Sequence record: MT446422.1
Direction: 5' to 3' (one strand)
DNA: 64,000 nucleotides
Origin: Escherichia virus TH57
The notes beneath the pieces are model-generated. The model was not told the origin of the DNA, searched no databases, and was given only the letters and a program-made list of their open reading frames with translations. This document shows, in pieces, positions 28,719-37,896 of this stretch (the first letter of the stretch is position 1; each line of letters begins with the position of its first letter). The position numbers were made by a program, and so were the translations under genes.

Positions 28719-29014
28719 TGACTCATGAAGAGCTTTTTGACCAAATCTATTTTATTCCAAAGGTTAGGTCTGAAGATTTCGTAAAGAATTTTGAAATCTT
28801 TAATAAAGCAAATTTCTTTGAGTACGTGTTTTTGTCTGGACCTTTTATTGGGTCCAGATTTCGTTGCACTGCTCCGAGTATTCGCTTAATGAAGCTGGTT
28901 CCTTACTTTACTCTGGAATTTATTTCTGGACCATGTAAGGGTATTATAACTCGTAGCCTCCTGACATATGACCAGGATGTGCGATTAATTAGTGACTGGA
29001 AAAAATATGTCTAA
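28718..29014 (+). CDS. hypothetical protein
   Basis: 98 aa ORF, ATGA coupling. Confidence 0.45.
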   Translation: MTHEELFDQIYFIPKVRSEDFVKNFEIFNKANFFEYVFLSGPFIGSRFRCTAPSIRLMKLVPYFTLEFISGPCKGIITRSLLTYDQDVRLISDWKKYV

Positions 29015-29221
29015 ATTGACTATTGAAGGTTCTGAAGAAGCTCTGAAGATGTTTGTTGACTGGTTCCACGGTCAAGGCGAACAGGACTTTATGGAATGTT
29101 GGGACGGTGGCCAATGGAACGGTAAAGAAATTGTTTATCCGAGCACATATATCTCTGTTCGCGGCGGATATGATGGCCTTCGTTTGGTAGAATATGATAT
29201 TGCATCTGATGAGGAAGTGAA

Positions 29222-29225
<4 letters not shown>
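29007..29225 (+). CDS. hypothetical protein
   Basis: ORF track 28992; ATG at 29007. Confidence 0.45.
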
Positions 29226-29805
<580 letters not shown>

Positions 29806-29861
29806 TGTACAAGCAGATTGAAATGAGTTATGATTATCCCATCAAACAAAAGGAGATAATC

Positions 29862-30320
29862 ATGACTACTATCGATTCAAGTGTTTACATTCGCCGCAAT
29901 AAACTTCGTCGCATTTTTGAAACGGAGTTCCTCAAAATTAATAATGCTATCAACAAGGCTTGTAAAGAAGCAGGTCTTGAAGCATTCTTCATTAAGTACA
30001 GTCCGCACCTGTTGGACCGTGCAATCCAACGTGAAATTGACGAACAATATGTTTTTGACTTGTTTGGAAAAATCACACCACATGTAAAAGAAATCGTTGA
30101 ATTCTTGGAGATGAAACCACTCCCGGAAGTTGAAGCACAAATTGACCCGAATGTGAACTACCGTCCACTTCGTCTGGAAATCACAGACAAGAACCTGTGG
30201 TTAGGAATGACAGTTAACCCCGCTATTCCTGGGAAGTCTCCAACCATGTGTTGCCGTATGGCGTTTGTTAACTCTAATCGTCTGGAAGGAAAAATTAGCA
30301 CAAAAGTGATTTATATCTAA
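29862..30320 (+). CDS. regB: RegB endoribonuclease
   Basis: ORF track 29805; ATG at 29862; YIRRNKLRR...KYSPHLLDRAIQREIDEQYVFDLF...YRPLRLEITDKNLWLG matches T4 RegB. Confidence 0.85.
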   Translation: MTTIDSSVYIRRNKLRRIFETEFLKINNAINKACKEAGLEAFFIKYSPHLLDRAIQREIDEQYVFDLFGKITPHVKEIVEFLEMKPLPEVEAQIDPNVNYRPLRLEITDKNLWLGMTVNPAIPGKSPTMCCRMAFVNSNRLEGKISTKVIYI

Positions 30321-30330
30321 TGGGGAATTC

Positions 30331-30873
30331 ATGAAAAAAGTAATCGCCACCTTACTATTGACAGTTAGTATGTCTGCCCATAGCGTAGAGCCTACTTTCA
30401 GTAATGAACAAATGGAGAATCTCCAATATGCTTATGCATTTGGAGAACAGTTCCAGAAAAATGGTAAGTACAAAGAAAATCCGCACCAACATAATGGTTT
30501 GGGATATATCATGGCTGGTTTAACCTGGCAGGAAAGTTCTGCTGGCGTTAATACAGGATTAAATAAAGATAAGCATCATGCATATGGTATATTCCAAAAT
30601 TATCTTCCAACCGTGCGCGAGCGCGTAAAACAGGTTGGGTGGACAATGACAGATAAAGAAATAATCAAGATGATAAGCAAGAGAGAGAACAGTGCACGCT
30701 GGGCTTATATTGAGCTTTCATACTGGTTGAATATTCATAAGGGGGATATAAGAAAAACGCTATCATCATATAACGCAGGGTGGAATGTGAAAGCTGGAAA
30801 TACGTATGCTTCACAGGTTCTAGAAAAAGCTAACTACTTAAAATCACGAGGCCTATTAAAAACGGTGGATTAA
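30331..30873 (+). CDS. secreted lytic transglycosylase-like protein (SLT-type motifs)
   Basis: Signal-peptide-like MKKVIATLLLTVSMSAHS; motifs QES...GIFQ...SYNAG resemble SLT ES/GLMQ/AYNAG. Confidence 0.5.
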   Translation: MKKVIATLLLTVSMSAHSVEPTFSNEQMENLQYAYAFGEQFQKNGKYKENPHQHNGLGYIMAGLTWQESSAGVNTGLNKDKHHAYGIFQNYLPTVRERVKQVGWTMTDKEIIKMISKRENSARWAYIELSYWLNIHKGDIRKTLSSYNAGWNVKAGNTYASQVLEKANYLKSRGLLKTVD

Positions 30874-30875
30874 AA

Positions 30876-31235
30876 ATGGTAAGAGTTATCACTTTAGCCA
30901 TAGGGTTAGTATTCAGCATGGGAGGAATAGCTTCAGTACAGAGCGACGACAACAACAGCATCGTAGAATATGCAACGAGGACGGCTAAAGATTATTGCGC
31001 ATCAAGCAATGTGGATTGTGTAATCCGGTTCAGTGCCAAGCTCACAGCAGCCTATAAAGATGGTCAAAATGATGTTGAACATACGCTTTTGAAAAAGAAT
31101 GTATTATCCAACAAATATGAAAAGAAATTATTTGAAATGGATTGCATTCTATCAAGTGCAAAATATAAAGCGGCCTGCACCAGTATGGTTGACAGGTTAG
31201 TGGATTCATATAATAGAGGATTGAACTCTAAATGA
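30876..31235 (+). CDS. secreted small cysteine-containing protein
   Basis: Signal-peptide-like MVRVITLAIGLVFSMGGIASVQS; coupled to the upstream gene. Confidence 0.5.
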   Translation: MVRVITLAIGLVFSMGGIASVQSDDNNSIVEYATRTAKDYCASSNVDCVIRFSAKLTAAYKDGQNDVEHTLLKKNVLSNKYEKKLFEMDCILSSAKYKAACTSMVDRLVDSYNRGLNSK

Positions 31236-31705
31236 TTACCCAGTATATTAAGGGCGATATCGTCGCCCTCTTTCTTCAAGGCAATATTATTGCGCATGGT
31301 TGCAACTGCTTTCACACAATGGGTTCTGGCGTAGCTGGACAGTTGGCGAAGGCTTATCCAAAAGTTTTAGAAATAGATAAAACCACTACTGAATATGGTT
31401 CTCGTAATAAATTAGGCGATATGTCTATCGTTTTTAAACATAATCCAACTGGATTTGGTATGTGCTATAATTTGTATACGCAATACGAACCAGGCCCTAA
31501 TCTTGATTATGGTGCTTTAGTAAATTGTATGATAGAATTAAATCTACAAGCAGAAACCCTTTTGTTTAAACCTGTAATTTATATTCCTCGTATTGGTTGT
31601 GGTATTGCAGGTGGAGATTGGGAAAAGGTTTCTAAATTAATCGACATGTTTACTCCTGACATTGATTTGATAGTGGTGGATTATGAGCCAAGTCCGAATT
31701 CTTAA
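31232..31705 (+). CDS. macro-domain protein, TARG1/OARD1-like (ADP-ribose processing)
   Basis: [22 protein letters not shown] and [16 protein letters not shown] align with recalled TARG1 motifs [22 protein letters not shown] and MPRIGCGLDRLQWENV. Confidence 0.6.
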   Translation: [157 protein letters not shown]

Positions 31706-31889
31706 AACGGCCAAATGTGAAAAATGCGAATGGCCAGTAATCGCAGCTTTATGCAACGATGAAATGAATTGCGAATATGATTACTGGTGGTACTGTTCTA
31801 ATAAAGGATGTTCTAATCATAAGGGTGAAGGTTTTCATTCTGGTTATTGCGAACATCCTAAATTTGTGCGATATGGTGAACCGAAATGA
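31683..31889 (+). CDS. small Cys-rich (zinc-binding-like) protein
   Basis: 68 aa with CxxC pairs (CEKCEW..., CSNKGCSNHKGEGFHSGYCEH). Confidence 0.45.
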   Translation: MSQVRILKTAKCEKCEWPVIAALCNDEMNCEYDYWWYCSNKGCSNHKGEGFHSGYCEHPKFVRYGEPK

Positions 31890-32071
31890 GTTTAAGCATT
31901 AGTCAGAAAAGTAGATTATTTGAGCTTATCCATGAGCTTTTGGATGAGCATACGGAAGCAAACGCCTTTTATGATGAATATGGCCCGATAGATGCCGACC
32001 ATCTGGAAGAATTTGCTAATCGATTTGATGAGAAAGAAAACGAATTAATAGCTTATGTGAATACGCTTTAA
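31886..32071 (+). CDS. hypothetical protein
   Basis: 61 aa acidic ORF. Confidence 0.4.
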   Translation: MSLSISQKSRLFELIHELLDEHTEANAFYDEYGPIDADHLEEFANRFDEKENELIAYVNTL

Positions 32072-32080
32072 GAAGGTGAT

Positions 32081-32653
32081 ATGGCGAGTTTAATTTATCA
32101 TTACGCAGCAATGAATGCAGGCAAAACAGCTTCATTGCTGACTGCAGCTTATTCCTATAAAGAGCGTGGAATGAGTGTGCTTTTGCTAAAGCCTGTTATT
32201 GATAATCGGGACTCGGAATCTGAAATTAAATCACGTATTGGTATTAGTCAGGAAGCAAACCTGGTAACGGCCGACATGAACCTGTTTGAATTCTATAAAT
32301 GGGCCGAGTCTCAAAAGGATATCCATTGTGTCCTGGTCGATGAAGCTCAATTTTTGTTACCAGAGCAAATTGACCAGTTAGCTCAAGTGGTTGATAATTA
32401 CAATATCCCCGTTATGTGTTACGGGCTAAGAACAGATTTTCGGGGTCAGTTATTTCCCGGTTCAGCCAGACTTCTGGCTATTTCGGATAAACTGGTTGAA
32501 TTAAAGGGCGTCTGCCATTGCGGCCGGAAAGCAACCATGACCGCTCGAGTAATCGACGGTGCTGCTGTAAAGGACGGCGAGCAAGTATTGGTCGGTGGGA
32601 ATGAATCGTACGTATCTTTATGCAGGAAACATTGGCTCGAATTGACAAGCTGA
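32081..32653 (+). CDS. tk: thymidine kinase
   Basis: MASLIYHYAAMNAGKTASLL P-loop N-terminus and C-terminal CHCGRKAT zinc ribbon match T4 Tk. Confidence 0.9.
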   Translation: MASLIYHYAAMNAGKTASLLTAAYSYKERGMSVLLLKPVIDNRDSESEIKSRIGISQEANLVTADMNLFEFYKWAESQKDIHCVLVDEAQFLLPEQIDQLAQVVDNYNIPVMCYGLRTDFRGQLFPGSARLLAISDKLVELKGVCHCGRKATMTARVIDGAAVKDGEQVLVGGNESYVSLCRKHWLELTS

Positions 32654-32660
32654 GGTCCTT

Positions 32661-32936
32661 ATGATATATAAGATTTGGACGTATATCTCTATTTTTGTTA
32701 TTGCTGGAATTGCATTTATCCCCACACAAACAGATAGCGAGAGATATGAAAGGGAAATTGAAATAGTAGCAAGCACGTATCATTCTGTTAATAAAGAATG
32801 CCCGAATAAAAATGGAATAAATTTACAAAAAGCACATTATATGCTGACTGTTACTAGTCCGGTGCAAAGAATATGGGTTGATAGCCATTTTTCTGATTTA
32901 TTTGCAATATATTGTTTCAAGTTTAAAAGATTATAA
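32661..32936 (+). CDS. small membrane protein
   Basis: N-terminal TM helix IWTYISIFVIAGIAFI. Confidence 0.45.
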   Translation: MIYKIWTYISIFVIAGIAFIPTQTDSERYEREIEIVASTYHSVNKECPNKNGINLQKAHYMLTVTSPVQRIWVDSHFSDLFAIYCFKFKRL

Positions 32937-33010
32937 ATACAGTTACTAACTAGTATTCCGCTATGTTAAGGCTGCAAAGCGTAATCATGACCAACAATAA
33001 GGAGTCCTTT

Positions 33011-33304
33011 ATGGACCTTATTCGAGGACTTTCTCTAAGTCTATTACTAATGGGCTGTTTAGGCCCAAATCTGTCCTCTGCTACAGATGGTAAATTTACA
33101 CAGTATGCAGATAGTGCGATGCAAATCTATTCGCAATTCAAAGAACCTAGCGTCGAGCAGTCCGAACAATTTTGGGCTTTTATTAAAACCGAATGGAACA
33201 ATAAGAGTCAATGTGTAAATGAAATCACATGTCAAATTGATGGCCGTGCTGCTGCAGTCGAATACGCTAAATTAATGAAGGTAAAATTGGAAGATGAAAT
33301 TTGA
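33011..33304 (+). CDS. rI: RI antiholin (lysis inhibition)
   Basis: ORF track 32963; ATG at 33011 after AAGGAG; signal-anchor N-terminus; SVEQSEQFWAFIKTEW...C...C...YAKLMKVKLEDE matches T4 RI C-terminal domain. Confidence 0.65.
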   Translation: MDLIRGLSLSLLLMGCLGPNLSSATDGKFTQYADSAMQIYSQFKEPSVEQSEQFWAFIKTEWNNKSQCVNEITCQIDGRAAAVEYAKLMKVKLEDEI

Positions 33305-33677
33305 TGATTTCGTAACGGGTCGTGGGTCTGAGGTGGATTCATATATTGGGTGGTTGTTAGTCTCTTTGGCTTATTTTAAATCCGCCCATCTTGAAACCAA
33401 AAGTTACGCCCGCCATAAAGCTTATGATTTCTACTTCACAGAAATCCAAGGTCCACTCGACCAGTTCAGTGAGCAATGGTTAGGTTACAGCGGGAAACAA
33501 TACAAAGCTGCATTACCGTCCGCCTCGGACTTGCCGAAAGATACAATTTTGTTTTTAGATGAAATGATTAAAAGCTCGGAAAGAGTCTATAAAGTTGTAC
33601 CCAAGGCTATTCAATCGACTCTGGACGATATCGTTGGAGTTTTCTTTCAGACTAAGTATCTGTTAACATTAGAGTAA
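33294..33677 (+). CDS. hypothetical protein
   Basis: 127 aa ORF followed by a terminator. Confidence 0.5.
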   Translation: MKFDDFVTGRGSEVDSYIGWLLVSLAYFKSAHLETKSYARHKAYDFYFTEIQGPLDQFSEQWLGYSGKQYKAALPSASDLPKDTILFLDEMIKSSERVYKVVPKAIQSTLDDIVGVFFQTKYLLTLE

Positions 33678-33680
33678 TTC

Positions 33681-33710
33681 AAAAGGTCTGCCTTCGGGTG
33701 GACCTTTTTT
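33681..33710 (+). terminator. rho-independent terminator
   Basis: AAAAGGTC...GACCTTTT stem with TTCG loop region, followed by TTTTTT. Confidence 0.6.
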
Positions 33711-33778
33711 CATTTAGGGGGTTTACATCCTCATCAAAAGGGTGTACTATTATCCCATCAACTACTGAGGAGAACACA

Positions 33779-33982
33779 ATGAGAATTAAAAATATCAAGA
33801 TTGATGCAGTTAATACTGGTGATGAGGTTGTTATCTATCTTAATGATTATGCAATCTTTATGGACAGTGCCACTGATGAAGAAATGGTTGAACTCTTACA
33901 GAAAGCTCCATTTGAACTGTGTGAAGAAGATGCTACCCATCTTTCATCAGCAATTTTCTCATTATCATATGTGGTGGAATAA
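33779..33982 (+). CDS. hypothetical protein
   Basis: ORF track 33698; ATG at 33779 after promoter cassette and GAGGAG. Confidence 0.5.
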   Translation: MRIKNIKIDAVNTGDEVVIYLNDYAIFMDSATDEEMVELLQKAPFELCEEDATHLSSAIFSLSYVVE

Positions 33983-34218
33983 TGAAACTTACAAATACCA
34001 TGGTTTCATTGGAATATGAAACCAATAATCATATTCTTGAAATTAAGATATTTGATGACGGAAGCATATTTGCTGATTACCGCGGATATAGAATTCGCCT
34101 GGAAAAGGAACAGCTTAAAGATGTTGAGCTTTTTAAAGAAACATTAAAAAGTTGTGGGTGTAAACTGAAAAATACTCAAGTCCAAGAATTAATTTCTACC
34201 ATCAACAAATACTGGTGA
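33982..34218 (+). CDS. hypothetical protein
   Basis: 78 aa, ATGA coupling. Confidence 0.45.
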   Translation: MKLTNTMVSLEYETNNHILEIKIFDDGSIFADYRGYRIRLEKEQLKDVELFKETLKSCGCKLKNTQVQELISTINKYW

Positions 34219-34222
34219 TATT

Positions 34223-34405
34223 ATGTTAACTACTGAACAAATTGAAAAAATTATTAAACTCGCCTGGCATATTGAAAATGCATCTAATGACCTGGCAGTG
34301 GAATTATGTGAAGGCTATTCATATTCTGGAATAGAACAGTGTAAGCGTGATTTGAATAGTTCTAAAGCTAATTTGGTTGAATATCTGAATGGGTTGAAAG
34401 CATAA
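34223..34405 (+). CDS. hypothetical protein
   Basis: 60 aa ORF. Confidence 0.4.
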   Translation: MLTTEQIEKIIKLAWHIENASNDLAVELCEGYSYSGIEQCKRDLNSSKANLVEYLNGLKA

Positions 34406-34662
34406 TGGCTGTTGGATTTGCAAAAGATGGCGCTGAACAGTTAGAGATGGAAGCGGTTGTACAAGCCGCTATCACCCATGCGAGAGCACAGGTTGCAGTT
34501 GAAAGGGAGTCTGCTGAATTCTGTTTTGACTGCGACGAAAAAATTCCTGAAGCGCGGAGACAAGCGATTAAGGGTGTGATATATTGTGTTGGTTGTCAAT
34601 CAATGCATGATGAAATTTTTAAACGTGAGCCACGAAACTGTTGGCACAGGAGCATGAGATGA
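34405..34662 (+). CDS. DksA/TraR-type C4 zinc-finger protein
   Basis: CFDCDEKIPEARRQAIKGVIYCVGCQ is the CxxC-x17-CxxC TraR/DksA signature. Confidence 0.65.
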   Translation: MAVGFAKDGAEQLEMEAVVQAAITHARAQVAVERESAEFCFDCDEKIPEARRQAIKGVIYCVGCQSMHDEIFKREPRNCWHRSMR

Positions 34663-34753
34663 TTTACTATCTTGAACCTTGGGCTTGGTTAATAATGGCT
34701 GTAGGGCCTGTTTTAATTGGTTTATTCTTTTCATGGTTAGCGAGGAAACTGTA

Positions 34754-34969
34754 ATGTTATATGACCCTAGTGGTAATTCTGAAAATGGTGTGATTGTTCT
34801 GGAGCCTGAGCATCCAGTTGGTGACGTATACCGCCCGGTTGAAGTGTGCGAATGTAATTTTGTTAAAGGTAATACTGGTGGTATTTCCATTGAGCAAGAT
34901 GATGATGTTATTTACCTGGATGCAAGCCAAGTAGAAGCGCTTTATAGTATTTTAAAACACAACCGGTGA
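34754..34969 (+). CDS. hypothetical protein
   Basis: ORF track 34679; ATG at 34754. Confidence 0.4.
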   Translation: MLYDPSGNSENGVIVLEPEHPVGDVYRPVEVCECNFVKGNTGGISIEQDDDVIYLDASQVEALYSILKHNR

Positions 34970-35167
34970 TTTATGAAAACTAAAGAAAAGCATTTAAAGC
35001 TTGAAGAGCTTATCGAGGCCTTATGCAGGTACAGTTGCTAGATTCGAAACAGCATTTTGTCACCAATACTCGGTTGATGATTGTACTAGGCTTTCTAAAG
35101 AAGAAGATAATGCCCTTAAAGAATTGCTAAATTTTATTAAACAAAATGTGAAATGAGGAAATAGAAA

Positions 35168-35728
35168 ATGATTATTGAAACGACTGAATTGTTTGGCGAA
35201 CTGACCGCTGAAGTAGTTAATAACGCAATTGAGCTTTGTCAAGAAGACGATAAAATCGTACTGACTATCGCTGATATTAAACCGCTTTATGATTTAATGG
35301 TTTTGGATAGACACGATTATCTTAATGGTCGTGCTAGTGCTCCTATTGATATCAATGATGATATGTATGCCTATATCTATAAAAATGAAGCTGGGTTTAA
35401 TCTGGAAAATGGTATTGAATGTCTGAGCATCAGCGATTCTGATAAATTCTTTGATTGTATTTTCAAACTCTTTCAGGAAGAATGTAAACCAGAAGTTGAA
35501 TGGAAAGTCCCAGGACAAGACGCACTGATTCGTTCTAGCGAAACGTTTGAAGGCGATGAAGAGGAATTAGATTATAACACTGAACTGACTGTGCATCAAC
35601 ATAACGGCCGTGACTTGTTGTCCATTGTCCAAAGACATGACGGCGAAAGTGAAGTAGTATTTACTAAGGACGAGCTAAAAGTTTTAGTCTCTTATCTGAA
35701 CTCTGTTATCCCAACTATGAACGCTTAA
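35168..35728 (+). CDS. acidic hypothetical protein
   Basis: 186 aa ORF with GAGGAAATAGAAA RBS region. Confidence 0.5.
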   Translation: MIIETTELFGELTAEVVNNAIELCQEDDKIVLTIADIKPLYDLMVLDRHDYLNGRASAPIDINDDMYAYIYKNEAGFNLENGIECLSISDSDKFFDCIFKLFQEECKPEVEWKVPGQDALIRSSETFEGDEEELDYNTELTVHQHNGRDLLSIVQRHDGESEVVFTKDELKVLVSYLNSVIPTMNA

Positions 35729-35738
35729 GGAAAATATT

Positions 35739-36191
35739 ATGATTATCAATACAAACTCATGGCACGCTCGTTTCCACGACCGTTTTTATGACCGCCATTC
35801 TCGACCACACTCTTTGTGTGCTTACTTTTGGAAAATTGTATGGGCCTGCTTTATTTGTTCTGTGCTTGCAGGTAGTACAATCTTCGCCTTATCTGCTGCA
35901 GGTGCTGGTATATTGGAGCAGTTCTTTGTATTAAGTATTCCTGTTGGTTTAGGGTTAGGGTTTATTTTAGGACTAGCTACAGTAGCTCTTATTCTGGCTG
36001 TAGCATTTGGTTTAATGTACGGTCTAATGAATTTATGGTCCTGGTACGATTTACATAAAGAAGAAAAAGAATGGAAACGTATTCAAGCTGAGCGTGAAGG
36101 CCGAGAAACTAAAGAAAACGTTTTCATTCAATATATCAAAGCTCGTAAATCTAAGATGTGTCCGGTAATCCATTTTGAGGCGAAGAAATGA
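35739..36191 (+). CDS. multi-pass membrane protein
   Basis: Several hydrophobic helices; translationally coupled (ATGA) to the downstream nucleotidyltransferase-fold gene. Confidence 0.55.
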   Translation: MIINTNSWHARFHDRFYDRHSRPHSLCAYFWKIVWACFICSVLAGSTIFALSAAGAGILEQFFVLSIPVGLGLGFILGLATVALILAVAFGLMYGLMNLWSWYDLHKEEKEWKRIQAEREGRETKENVFIQYIKARKSKMCPVIHFEAKK

Positions 36192-37198
36192 GAACAGTTA
36201 TGAAAGGCTACTTCGGTAGCCATCTTTATGGAACAAGTACTCCTGAATCTGATGTCGATTTTAAGGAAATCTTTGTTCCACACCCACGTGATATTCTGTT
36301 AGGTACGGCTATGAACCATACCAACTTGAACACGAATAATACGGCATCCAAAAACACTAAAGACGATGTTGACCACGAGCTTTATAGTCTGAAATATTTC
36401 TTTAAACTGGCGGCTGAAGGCGAAACTGTTGCTCTGGACATGATTCACACTCCGGCTAACCTGGTAGTCAAATCCGATTTACCAGATGTATGGAAATTTA
36501 TCCAAGACAACCGTTCACGGTTCTATACAACTAACATGAAAGCCTATTTGGGGTATGTCCGTAAGCAAGCTTCAAAATATGGTGTTAAAGGTTCTAGACT
36601 GGCTGCTCTGCGTGGTGTACTGGCAATTGTTAACCAGATTCCTGAACAGTGGGTCGATTATCAAGAAGATGGTTCTGTTAAACAGCGTCGAACTAAGGTA
36701 GAAGATATTAAGCACCGACTCCCTGAAAACGAGTTCTGTGAATGGGTATTTCATAACCATGAGAAAACAGGTCCTCAAACGTTCTATACTGTCCTCGGTC
36801 GTAAATACCAAACCACTTTGTCGTTAATCGAGCTTAAGCAATCTCTGAATAAGCTTGATTCTGAATATGGTGAACGTGCTCGCAAGGCCGAAGCCAATGA
36901 AGGTATTGACTGGAAAGCTCTGAGCCACGCTTATCGTGCTGGATATCAGTTGAAGGAAATTTATATGACCGGTGACCTTCAATATCCTTTACGAACAGCC
37001 CCATTTATCCTTGAAATCAAACAAGGCCTACACGCTTTTAAAGATGTACAAGCTGAACTTGAAGCAATCGTCGATGAAGTCGAAACCAATGCCATCTGGG
37101 CGGCCAAGAACGGCATGCCAGACAAGGTAGACATGAAGTTCTGGGACAAGTTTGTTGAAGAGGTATATCTTGACAACCACAATTCCTATTATTGTTAA
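36188..37198 (+). CDS. Pol-beta-superfamily nucleotidyltransferase-fold protein
   Basis: N-terminal GS-x11-DxD motif (GSHLYGTSTPESDVDF) typical of the NTase fold; 336 aa. Confidence 0.55.
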   Translation: MRTVMKGYFGSHLYGTSTPESDVDFKEIFVPHPRDILLGTAMNHTNLNTNNTASKNTKDDVDHELYSLKYFFKLAAEGETVALDMIHTPANLVVKSDLPDVWKFIQDNRSRFYTTNMKAYLGYVRKQASKYGVKGSRLAALRGVLAIVNQIPEQWVDYQEDGSVKQRRTKVEDIKHRLPENEFCEWVFHNHEKTGPQTFYTVLGRKYQTTLSLIELKQSLNKLDSEYGERARKAEANEGIDWKALSHAYRAGYQLKEIYMTGDLQYPLRTAPFILEIKQGLHAFKDVQAELEAIVDEVETNAIWAAKNGMPDKVDMKFWDKFVEEVYLDNHNSYYC

Positions 37199-37204
37199 AT
37201 TCTA

Positions 37205-37229
37205 AGGACCCTTCGGGGTCCTTTTTTTA
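37205..37229 (+). terminator. rho-independent terminator
   Basis: AGGACCC-TTCG-GGGTCCT hairpin followed by TTTTTTT. Confidence 0.65.
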
Positions 37230-37241
37230 TTTTAAAAAGTA

Positions 37242-37271
37242 GTGTACGACCAGATGGTTATGAGGCATAAT
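37242..37271 (+). promoter_or_regulatory. early promoter cassette (type B)
   Basis: -35 GTGTAC, 18 bp spacer, -10 CATAAT, conserved leader. Confidence 0.5.
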
Positions 37272-37311
37272 GATTCCATACTGAGTTACCAAATAAAAAC
37301 TGGAGAATAAA

Positions 37312-37518
37312 ATGTTAGAATTAATCAAAGCTGCTGGTGAAAAAGGTCTGATGGTTAACACTCGTGACCCTGAACAACGTCAAGCATTTGGTGAGTTAAA
37401 AGCCAAAGGTCTGGTTAAAGCATCCCTTGGTATTGGCAATGCTTTGCGTGTGACTTTGACCCCTGCAGGTAAAGCAATGTTCTTCCCTAAACCATTACCA
37501 AAACGTCGTCGCAAGTGA
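37312..37518 (+). CDS. small basic protein
   Basis: 68 aa ORF after promoter cassette; basic C-terminus KRRRK. Confidence 0.5.
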   Translation: MLELIKAAGEKGLMVNTRDPEQRQAFGELKAKGLVKASLGIGNALRVTLTPAGKAMFFPKPLPKRRRK

Positions 37519-37524
37519 GGAATT

Positions 37525-37827
37525 ATGAAAAAGTATGAAATTGACATGATTGATGCATGTCTTAAATCTGCTGACCATTTTAAGTTGAAAATGCACAAGT
37601 TAAGAGGAATGGTCAAAACTCCAGAAGAGAAGAAACGTTATGCTCTGAAGGAGAAATGTAAAGCTCTTATCATGATGGATAAGTTGCAAATAGTCGCCGC
37701 AGAAGCTCACAGGACACGTAAAGCTGAGGCCCTTAGTGTTTATATGGCAGAACAGCTACAGCGCGCACAGCAAGCCGTTAAGAGCGCGTGGTTCAGTGGT
37801 GAAAATACTGAAAGAACTTTTAATTAA
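37525..37827 (+). CDS. hypothetical protein
   Basis: 100 aa ORF. Confidence 0.45.
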   Translation: MKKYEIDMIDACLKSADHFKLKMHKLRGMVKTPEEKKRYALKEKCKALIMMDKLQIVAAEAHRTRKAEALSVYMAEQLQRAQQAVKSAWFSGENTERTFN

Positions 37828-37896
37828 ATGTGTACATAGTATGGGGATAGCCGTATAATGTTCCCATACTGAGTTACCAAATAACTGGAGAATAAA

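Noticed and set aside
36188-37198. Calling the nucleotidyltransferase-fold protein a CD-NTase (CBASS cyclase)
   Set aside because: The GS-x11-DxD motif is shared by many NTase subfamilies (RlaP-like, MNT, OAS, CD-NTase). The subfamily cannot be decided without a profile search, so it is reported only as an NTase-fold protein.
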